In this document: positions 37,844 to 45,182 of the stretch, one piece after another
Layout of the letters: each line of letters begins with the position of its first letter
Numbering within the stretch: the first letter of the stretch is position 1
Source of the DNA: Archangium gephyra
GTDB lineage: Bacteria; Armatimonadota; Fimbriimonadia; Fimbriimonadales; Fimbriimonadaceae
Reading direction: 5' to 3'
Length of the DNA: 45,182 bases
Assembly: GCA_943371495.1 (NCBI GenBank)
Contig: CALRVA020000001.1
Span: 1-45,182 of the forward strand
Translations under genes and position numbers: made by a program
Notes under the pieces: generated by a model
Seen by the model: the letters and a program-made list of their open reading frames with translations, nothing else
Told to the model about the DNA's origin: nothing
Database searches by the model: none

Positions 37844-38734
37844 TTAGGCGGTGGTACCAGCCAAGTAGGGCGTGCCGTACTTGATCTCTTCGCGGAAGGC
37901 CGTGACGAGCTGCTTGGTAATCGGACCGGCGCTGCCATTGCCCAGCACGCGTCCATCGAGGGAGCGCATGGGGATGACTTCGGCGGCGGTACCAGTCAGG
38001 AAGGCTTCGTCCGCCGACGTAATGTCGTAGATCGTCATGAAGTCCTCCACCACCGGAATCCCGGCGCGCTTGGCCAGGTCGATCACCGTGTCGCGCGTGA
38101 TGCCCTGCAGGATGCCGCACGAGGGGTGCGGCGTGCGCAGAACCCCATCGCGCACGATGAAGATGTTGTCGCCGGTGCACTCGGCCACATAGCCCTGCTG
38201 ATTCAGCATCAGGCCTTCGCCGGCATTCTGCATGTTCGCTTCGCGCTTCGCCATGATGTTGGCGGCGTAGCGTCCGATGCACTTGAGGCGGGGGTCCAGG
38301 CTATCGGCTTGGATGACACGCCAGGAGGTCGTGACGACGTCGAGGCCGGCCTCATGCTGCTCGGGCGTGTAGAGCGCCAAGGTGTTGATCATGATCATCA
38401 CGTTCGGCAGCGTCTTGACGGCGCGGGGGTCGAGGCCGAGGCCGGTGCCGCGGGTGACGTTGAGGCGGATGTACCCATCGGTAAGGTCAGCCTGGGCGCA
38501 GGTGTCCATGACAGCCTGACGCATGGCTTCGTAGGCCATCGGCTCTTCAAAACCCAAGAACCGCATGCCGTCATAGAGGCGGCGGAGGTGCTCATCCAGC
38601 TTGAAAATCCGGCTGTTATAGAACCGGATGCCTTCAAAAAGACCGTCACCGTAGAGGTGCGCGTGGTCAGCCGCAGGAACCTGCGCGGATTCGAGGGGCG
38701 AAATCGTGCCGTTGAACCAGACGAGCTTGGGCAT
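37844..38734 (-). CDS. ilvE: Branched-chain amino acid aminotransferase (class IV PLP)
   Basis: YGDGLFEGIR, EHLRRL, YIRLNVTRG, AECTGDNIF, ILQGITR, ADEAFLTGTAAE, GPITKQL. Confidence 0.92.
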   Translation of the reverse strand: MPKLVWFNGTISPLESAQVPAADHAHLYGDGLFEGIRFYNSRIFKLDEHLRRLYDGMRFLGFEEPMAYEAMRQAVMDTCAQADLTDGYIRLNVTRGTGLGLDPRAVKTLPNVMIMINTLALYTPEQHEAGLDVVTTSWRVIQADSLDPRLKCIGRYAANIMAKREANMQNAGEGLMLNQQGYVAECTGDNIFIVRDGVLRTPHPSCGILQGITRDTVIDLAKRAGIPVVEDFMTIYDITSADEAFLTGTAAEVIPMRSLDGRVLGNGSAGPITKQLVTAFREEIKYGTPYLAGTTA

Positions 38735-38847
38735 AGAATTAGTCTACCGATCTTAACGGAATGGGACAGAAATGGGCTCATTCCCGGGAACAACAAGGAT
38801 CAAGCCGGGGTCATAAACCGTCAGAATAAGGGGGAAGGTTCGCAAGG

Positions 38848-40293
38848 ATGCAAGAGAACACGAAAGGCAAGGGCAAAGCCGCGCCGAAGCGCAGGAACGG
38901 ATCGCCGTCCAAGATGGGCATGGCGGTGGGCTTGCTGTGTTTGGGTGGTGCCGGAGTGGCAGCCTATGAGTTTGTCGGCCCGCCGACGATTGCCCGGGGC
39001 GTGAGCGTTTTTGGTACCGACCTGAGTGGCCTGACGCCCAGCGAGGCCGAACGCCGCTTGGAAGCCGAATGGGGCAAGCTGGGATCGCAAGAGATCAAGG
39101 TTGAACTGAAGGAATTTGAATTGGGCGACCGGACCTTGACGCCGGCCGAGGCGGGTGTGAAATTCGACGCCTCCGCGACGATCAAGGCTCTTCCCGTCGA
39201 GCGCCCGGTGACTGCTTCGGTGGCCAAGATGCAAGGTCCGGCGGTGCCGAAGGCCGTGACCCCGGTTTTCGTTTACGACAACGTCGACGGCAATTTGCTG
39301 AAGAAGTGGGTGGAGGAAGCTCGCCCCGCTAACCAACCGGCCCGCGCCCAGTGGGCAGGCGGCCGCGTGAAGCTGACGCCAGAGATTCCGACCTGGGAGC
39401 TAGACCAAGCGCGCCTGAGCGCGGCCTGGGCTGATGCCCTGGCAAACAACTCCGCCTTGGTGGTGCCGCTGAAGGCGGAAGACCTGAAGATCAAGCCGGA
39501 ACAGCTGGAGTCCGTGCGCGCCATCGTCAGCGAGTTCAACACGAAATTCTCCTCCGGGCAAGTCGCGCGCAGCAAGAACATCAAGCGGGCGGCGGAACTC
39601 ATTGACGGCACGATCCTGATGCCGGGTGAGGTCTTTGACTTCAACCGCGTCGTCGGTCAGCGCACGGCCGCTCGCGGTTTCCATGTGGCGGGGGTGTACG
39701 TTTCTGGTCGTCACGATTTTGACTTTGGCGGGGGGATCTGCCAGGTCAGCACCACGCTTTACAATGCCGTTCTGCTCGGCGAATTGAAGGTGAATGCCCG
39801 GAATCCGCACTCACTGCCGGTGCCGTACGTGCCGTTGGGACGTGATGCGGCCGTGAGTTGGCCGAACCTAGACTTTAAGTTCACCAACGACACCAAGTCG
39901 CCGTTGGCGGTGTCCGCCGAATACCGACCCGGACAGTTGACGTTCCGGATTCTCGGCGAGGCCAAGCACCCGCACGATGTCTCCTTCGAGACGAAGTTCT
40001 TGGGATCGTGGGATAACGGGGTGAAGTACGAAACGGACTCGTCGCTAGGCTACGGCGTGGAGCGCGTGGTTGACCGAGGCGGCGCGGGCCGTCGAGTACG
40101 CACCTACCGCATCATCAAAACGGGGGACCAAGTGGTCCGTCGGGACGACCTGGGCGAGAGCGTCTACCGAGGCGGGCCGCGCATCGTGGCGCGCAACCCG
40201 AACGCCAAGCCGCCTCAGCCTAAGGCGCCGGCGGATTCCAGCGCACCAGCCGGTACTGCTGGGTCTCCAGCAGCAACTCCGACGGAAGACTAA
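38848..40293 (+). CDS. VanW family protein with PG-binding and G5-like regions
   Basis: N-terminal TM; FDFNRVVGQR, GGGICQVSTTLYNA, HSLPVPYVPLGRDAAVS, DFKFTN. Confidence 0.9.
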   Translation: MQENTKGKGKAAPKRRNGSPSKMGMAVGLLCLGGAGVAAYEFVGPPTIARGVSVFGTDLSGLTPSEAERRLEAEWGKLGSQEIKVELKEFELGDRTLTPAEAGVKFDASATIKALPVERPVTASVAKMQGPAVPKAVTPVFVYDNVDGNLLKKWVEEARPANQPARAQWAGGRVKLTPEIPTWELDQARLSAAWADALANNSALVVPLKAEDLKIKPEQLESVRAIVSEFNTKFSSGQVARSKNIKRAAELIDGTILMPGEVFDFNRVVGQRTAARGFHVAGVYVSGRHDFDFGGGICQVSTTLYNAVLLGELKVNARNPHSLPVPYVPLGRDAAVSWPNLDFKFTNDTKSPLAVSAEYRPGQLTFRILGEAKHPHDVSFETKFLGSWDNGVKYETDSSLGYGVERVVDRGGAGRRVRTYRIIKTGDQVVRRDDLGESVYRGGPRIVARNPNAKPPQPKAPADSSAPAGTAGSPAATPTED

Positions 40294-42079
40294 AGTCGTT
40301 CATCCGCACTTGCGGGAAGGTTTCCCGGCGCGGTAGCACGACGTAAACCGGTTCGCCCTGGGCGGCTTGGGCAATGGCCTCGGCCCCTTGGGTTCCGCCA
40401 CTCAGGATAAACGCCGCGAGTTGATTGCGCCGGTTCCCGTAATCGGGGGTTTCACTCCAGTGCCCGGCGAAGCTGCGGGCGCCGCCTAATCCCACAAAGA
40501 ACGGATTGAGGTCGGGCAGATAGGGTTCGGCGTACTCGCCCGTGGGGAGCGGCATAGGAATGCCGGGCGCCGCTACCACAATGGAGCGCGGAGGCAGGGT
40601 TTGGACCTTCGCCAGAATCTCGGTCGCACTGGCCGATAGGCGCACCGGATGGACAGTGGTGGAGCTGACGTTGTCTCGGATGAGCGTGAGCTCCCGGCGC
40701 AGCCAAAAGAGGCTCGAGACCCCGCAAAACAGCACCAAAACGAGGGTGATCAGTTGCCGTCGCTGCACATCCCGGGTGGCCAACCGCGCCGTGAGCGCGT
40801 ATCCGGCGAGCAGCCCCCAGGGGATCGACAAGCCCATGCCCAGCTTGCGCTGGAAGAGGGCGGGGAAGTACATCGCCACCAGCCCCACCAGCGCCCATGC
40901 CCACACGAGATCATCGTCCCGGTCTTGGCGGCTATAGATGAGGCCGGCCCCGATGCCCACCAGCACAATGCCGAAGCTCACGGGATTGAGGAAGTAGCCC
41001 TCCGGGTTGTGGGTGCGAGAGAGCGTGAGGAGGATGAGCACCAGGGCCCCGGCGACAACGGTGGGCCGCCAGCGGTGCTCGGGTTCGGGGCGGAAGTAGC
41101 CCCACACGGCAATCACCACCAAAGCGGCAACCCCCCAGAAAACGCTGGTGAAGTGAGGCGCGTAGGTGAGCGTGGCGGCGCGGGCCTGGAATACAGCATC
41201 CCGTTGCAAAACGTAGCCCAGCCACGCCGCGGCCGGAATCGCCCCAGCGGCAATGCCGAGGCACCGTAGCAACCAGGCTTTTTCGAGCGTGCGACGGACG
41301 TACTGCACCGCCGCGAAGGCAAGGAGCACAAGCCCGACCAAGAGCGCATCGTAGGAGTGAATATTCGCCAGCACCCCAAAGGCCAAGGCCCCGCGCAGGG
41401 CGGCTTTGCCATCCGTGCGGGCATCCAGCACCGCGGAGAAGACTAGGAGAATGAGCCAAAGGCTCGCCATGAATAGCCCGTTGGCCAGCGCGGAGGGGAA
41501 AGCGAAGGCCTCGGTTTGCCATACGTCAACGGGCAAACGACCGGCAAAAATGGACTGCAAGGCCACGCCAGGATCTTTGATGAGGAGACCGAAGTTCTGC
41601 CACACCATCCAGCCCACGCCCGCCCCAAAACAGGCCATGACGCTCGCCGTCTTGATGGCGGCCGGCTTCCAGCCTAGTCGCTCTTGCAAGCGCACGAGCC
41701 CGAAGACAAAGAGGGCGCTGAAGACCAGCCGGCTGAGGAGCATTGCCCACGGGAAGCCCACCACCTTGGCCACCCACCCCATCACCAAAAAGTAGAGGTG
41801 GAAAGTGAGGCCGGGCTGAGCGTCCAGGGTGAACCGGTTTTCAAACAGGAACCGGCCCTCGGCGGCTTGTCGCATCCACGCGGCGTACACCATCTGGTCG
41901 TCCACCGCAATCGCGGTGCCCAGCGGGAGAGTGCCCGGTGCCGCGCCGGTGATGGCGGCAATCGCAGGCAAAACGGCCAAGCCGCCAAAGACCCCCGCCA
42001 GGATCCACGCAAAGCGGCGGAGGCCGGGGTCGGAGGACTGAGCCTCGGGATTAACTTCCGGTGGGGACGGGTCGGCCAA
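40220..42079 (-). CDS. Multi-pass membrane protein, possibly GT-C glycosyltransferase-like
   Basis: Many TM helices; DDQMVYAAWMRQ first loop; FENRFT; IHSYD; AGHWSET. Confidence 0.7.
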   Translation of the reverse strand: MADPSPPEVNPEAQSSDPGLRRFAWILAGVFGGLAVLPAIAAITGAAPGTLPLGTAIAVDDQMVYAAWMRQAAEGRFLFENRFTLDAQPGLTFHLYFLVMGWVAKVVGFPWAMLLSRLVFSALFVFGLVRLQERLGWKPAAIKTASVMACFGAGVGWMVWQNFGLLIKDPGVALQSIFAGRLPVDVWQTEAFAFPSALANGLFMASLWLILLVFSAVLDARTDGKAALRGALAFGVLANIHSYDALLVGLVLLAFAAVQYVRRTLEKAWLLRCLGIAAGAIPAAAWLGYVLQRDAVFQARAATLTYAPHFTSVFWGVAALVVIAVWGYFRPEPEHRWRPTVVAGALVLILLTLSRTHNPEGYFLNPVSFGIVLVGIGAGLIYSRQDRDDDLVWAWALVGLVAMYFPALFQRKLGMGLSIPWGLLAGYALTARLATRDVQRRQLITLVLVLFCGVSSLFWLRRELTLIRDNVSSTTVHPVRLSASATEILAKVQTLPPRSIVVAAPGIPMPLPTGEYAEPYLPDLNPFFVGLGGARSFAGHWSETPDYGNRRNQLAAFILSGGTQGAEAIAQAAQGEPVYVVLPRRETFPQVRMNDFSLPSELLLETQQYRLVRWNPPAP

Positions 42080-42371
42080 GGCTTTCGTAGATTCCGATGA
42101 TCATTTCTGAGTTCGCTTTGGCCTCGGGTTGATTCGGGTCCAGGCGAAGGGCGGCGCGATAAAGGGCCAGTGCCTTGGGGTACTTATCCATGGGCTTGGC
42201 GGTGAGGTCGTTCATCACCGTCGTGCCAAAGGCGACCGTGGTGTCGATGTGGGCTTGCTTGGCCCAGGCACTCTGAGGATGGGCTTCCATCCGGCGCTGG
42301 GTGTCCGTTTGCAGAGCTTCCCACTGAGCAGGGCCAACAGGGAAAGCGAGGGCAAGAAACGCCGCGACCAT
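42051..42371 (-). CDS. Small TPR-containing protein
   Basis: KYPKALALYRAALRLDPNQPEA TPR motif; TAACAT 6 nt before ATG. Confidence 0.7.
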   Translation of the reverse strand: MVAAFLALAFPVGPAQWEALQTDTQRRMEAHPQSAWAKQAHIDTTVAFGTTVMNDLTAKPMDKYPKALALYRAALRLDPNQPEAKANSEMIIGIYESLGRPVPTGS

Positions 42372-42387
42372 GCCTTGATGTTACTGC

Positions 42388-43638
42388 CTAGCGGAGAAAA
42401 TCGGCGTCACGGCCCGACCGGACCTGAGACTCAAAGCCCTGGATTTCGGATTCGAGCGTGGCGATGTAGCCCAGGATGACCGCGATCTTCCGCCCCGGGA
42501 ACGCCGCGTTGGCCTGCATGAGCTTGATGTGCTCGGCCAGCGAGGGCGTGAGGTGCGGGAAAATTTGATTCCAATCCGAATCGGGAGCCATGCCGAGCGT
42601 TCGTTCGAGCCTCTGTTTGGCTTGGATGAGCTCCCGTTGCATGACAAAGCGGTTATGGTCGCCCCGGCTGAGCGCGGAGCCGAAGGCTTCCATCAAGTGT
42701 TGGCTGGAGCGCTGCGGGATGCGGTCGAGGATGGGCCGCCCGAACATCATCCCCGAGGCGTAGGCGACCACAGCGAGAAGCAGAATGAACTGCCAGCGGG
42801 CCGTGTTGGCCCACGGGCCGATGGATTCGATTAAGCCCTTCGATTCCACATTGTCGAGGGCACCTTCGTAGAACACCACCTCGCCGCCGGATTTCTGGAG
42901 TTCGCGCACCCAGCCCAGGGCGAACGCGGCGTTGTCGTGCTTGTCGAGGCTCCGGTTTTCGAGGACATAGCCTTCTTCGAGAATGATGATCCGTCCCTTG
43001 TCCGGGAATGCCTCGCGGGCGACATCCCGATCGCCTTCAACGGCTTAGGCCCGGGACATATGGGATACGTTCGGCAGCACAAGTGGGAAGATGCCGTCAG
43101 AGCCGGTGCGCACGGTGATCTTCATCGCCGTGCCGTCCCAGAGCTTGACGTTGGTGGGGTAACCGACATCCCGCACCCCTTCGCCGTCATGATGGACAAC
43201 CAGGACGTGGCCGCCCTGGCGGAGGTGGGTGAGGATCGCTTCTCGCCAGAATTCTCGGCCCCGGCGGGGTGGTGATGCGGTAGCTTCGGACTCCGATTCG
43301 GCATCGCCTTCCGCTTCGTCTTCGGATTCCGCCTTGCTATCTTCTTCGATCTCCTCGGCCTCCTCGGTCAAACCTTCCATGTACTCCTCCCATCCTTCTT
43401 GGATGGGAACCATGGGCACCACCATGAGAGCTTCAGGATTGAGCTTCGGTTGTCGAGTTCGATCCAGCCGCACTTGGTAGCCATCCCGGCGAACCAGTTC
43501 CGCCCACGCCGACGTCCCCGAGGCGCCGTAATCCTGCACGCTGGGTTTTGTGGCGCCGGCGCTCCGACCCGTAATCAAAAAGACAGTCGCCAGGCCCAAG
43601 ATCGCGAGCCCGATGCTGACGGCGGCCCGTGCCTTCAT
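42388..43638 (-). pseudogene. DUF4350-like protein interrupted by one in-frame TAA at 43045-43047
   Basis: ORFs 43045-43638 and 42388-42909 share a frame. Sequence after the TAA reads on as AVEGDRDVAREAFPDKGRIIILEEGYVLENRSLDKHDNAAFALGWVRE. Confidence 0.8.
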
Positions 43639-44570
43639 GCCGACCTCCGTTGGCGGATGGCCTGCATCACCGATTCGTACTGGCTACGGAACCAGGCGAC
43701 GTCCTCCATCCCCTTGGTTCGCTCGCCGTACCACACGGTGTCGAATTTGGACGTGGCTTCTCGGAAATTGAGGTCAGCGGGGCGGGTGCGGCTCTTGTCC
43801 AGGCGGCGAAGGTGCTCCCAGTTCGTCTCTTCCCGGCGCAGCGGGATGATGCCGTGCTCATCGAACCGCACCAGGCACGCCAGATAAAGGCAGCGGACGG
43901 CTTGTCGGTGTTGACCTTCCTGGGCGAGTTGGTCTGCCCGTTTGAGCCATTCATCGGCGGGGAGGGCGGCTTCTTCATCGCTGAGCAAGCCTTGGCCCAC
44001 GGCGGCGGCCCGGCGGCGCACCTTGATGAACCGCAGCGCAAAGATCACCAACGCAATGGCGGCGAGGATGACCAGGACTTGAACGATCGGAATCACGGCG
44101 GCCAAAGCCGTGCCTCCCGCCGCCGGAGCCCCAAAACGCGGCATAAACCGGCCGAGAAACTCGAGAATCCGGCGGATGACTTCCGCCACCATCTCGCCAA
44201 ACCGCGAGAGGGTATCGCCGAGCCAGTTTCCGGAGCGGGCCGGCGGATTCAAATCTCGCGGGCGGTAGCTCGGCGGGACCAGGATGCGCTTGGCTTCGGC
44301 CCGGGCATCCTTGACCTTGGTCGTCGTGGCGGCATCCCCCCATTTGCTGTCCTTGAGATAGGCCCGCAGGGTGCGCTGACGGTCGGCCAGGGGTTGGTTA
44401 AGGAAGAAATAGCCGCCGATTTGCTCTTGTGCTTTCTCGGGAAGCTGCTCCCAAACCTTGCGAAACTGCTGCTCATTGGGCGCCGCCAGCAGTCGCCGAG
44501 CTTCGGCGACTTGGCCAAGAGCACCCGCCAGCAGACTAACGCAGAAGACGAGTGCGACGAGTGCCCGCAC
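43635..44570 (-). CDS. DUF4129 domain protein
   Basis: TM segment followed by AVRCLYLACL..FDEHG, ETNWEHL, FDTVWYG; ATGA overlap with the DUF4350 gene. Confidence 0.82.
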   Translation of the reverse strand: MRALVALVFCVSLLAGALGQVAEARRLLAAPNEQQFRKVWEQLPEKAQEQIGGYFFLNQPLADRQRTLRAYLKDSKWGDAATTTKVKDARAEAKRILVPPSYRPRDLNPPARSGNWLGDTLSRFGEMVAEVIRRILEFLGRFMPRFGAPAAGGTALAAVIPIVQVLVILAAIALVIFALRFIKVRRRAAAVGQGLLSDEEAALPADEWLKRADQLAQEGQHRQAVRCLYLACLVRFDEHGIIPLRREETNWEHLRRLDKSRTRPADLNFREATSKFDTVWYGERTKGMEDVAWFRSQYESVMQAIRQRRSA

Positions 44571-45182
44571 GCAAATCCTCCGCCATCATTCGTACATCCA
44601 GCATCTCAAACCGAACTCGTCGGTCGAAATACACCACCGTGCTGACAATTCCCCAGAGAGGGAGGGCTAGCATAATCCCACCCAGGTAGGGGATGGCGCT
44701 CGCCACTTGATAGAACAAGGACACCCCGGGGCTCAGCTGCCCTTGCAGACCCGCTGTCGTGGCGAGGGCCAGGCTGAGGATGATTTGCAACCCCACGCCC
44801 AAGACCAAGAGCATCAAAAAGGAAGCTAACAAGACGCCGAGCATCGGCCCCACGACGTTGGGCGTGAACGGCCGGTTCGCGATGAGATAACCCGAACGCT
44901 TCACGGCTTCTTTGCCTCTCGTACCTTCCAAGATCATCACCGGACCGAGGAGGAGCGTCTTGCCCAGGAACCCTAGAATCACGATGACCGAGCCCGCGAG
45001 GGCGAGAAATCCAAGGGTGCTCAGGAAAGCCACCAGGGCGTCGTCTTGGGTGGTGCCTTCCCCGACCCGGCTGGCCCCGAAGAACGCCAGCAGCGACACA
45101 ATCGGAGGCAGGATGATGAGGTGCAGGTGGCCGATATAGGCTCGTACAAAGGCGCTGAGACCGGCCGAACCCGTCTCTTCTT
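44536..45182 (-). CDS. 5'-truncated multi-TM membrane protein of the type found with DUF4129/DUF4350 genes
   Basis: Frame is open to the window edge; PVMILEG..G.EAVKRS and VVYFDRRVRFEMLD motifs. Confidence 0.75.
   Translation of the reverse strand, partial: EETGSAGLSAFVRAYIGHLHLIILPPIVSLLAFFGASRVGEGTTQDDALVAFLSTLGFLALAGSVIVILGFLGKTLLLGPVMILEGTRGKEAVKRSGYLIANRPFTPNVVGPMLGVLLASFLMLLVLGVGLQIILSLALATTAGLQGQLSPGVSLFYQVASAIPYLGGIMLALPLWGIVSTVVYFDRRVRFEMLDVRMMAEDLRAGTRRTRLLR

Noticed and set aside
37400-39004. 534-aa plus-strand ORF across ilvE
   Set aside because: Shadow ORF spanning three well-supported minus-strand genes.
43045-43047. Selenocysteine/pyrrolysine or genetic-code reassignment at the in-frame stop
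   Set aside because: The codon is TAA, not TGA or TAG, and TAA terminates conserved genes here such as dnaK, dnaN, ilvE and pyrF.

Overview
A 45 kb, gene-dense, GC-rich bacterial chromosomal segment. The PEP-CTERM protein and overall gene content suggest Armatimonadota/Fimbriimonadaceae, but that is inference. Most genes are housekeeping or envelope related (pyrF, mutY, amidase, galE, dnaK with a CIRCE-like operator, dnaN, ilvE, tRNA-Val, tRNA-Leu). Three visibly AT-richer inserts interrupt this background: a membrane/coiled-coil gene (4250-5680), an orphan NucC/DUF6602-like nuclease (21853-22779) and a type II restriction-modification (R-M) cassette (24391-26204). The R-M cassette is the most striking element. 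Its m5C methyltransferase lacks motif IX, which is instead encoded by a second ORF nested inside the gene in another frame on the same strand, as in the heterodimeric M.EcoHK31I. It is paired with a NotI-like Cys4 endonuclease. The cassette is bracketed by a diverged ~180-bp direct duplication of the photolyase promoter and 5' end. Other notable signals are a catalytically degenerate RAYT/Y1-transposase homologue before dnaK, a DUF4350 gene broken by one in-frame TAA, and many apparently leaderless genes with a -10 hexamer 6-7 nt before the start codon. All family calls come from motif recognition, not database searches.
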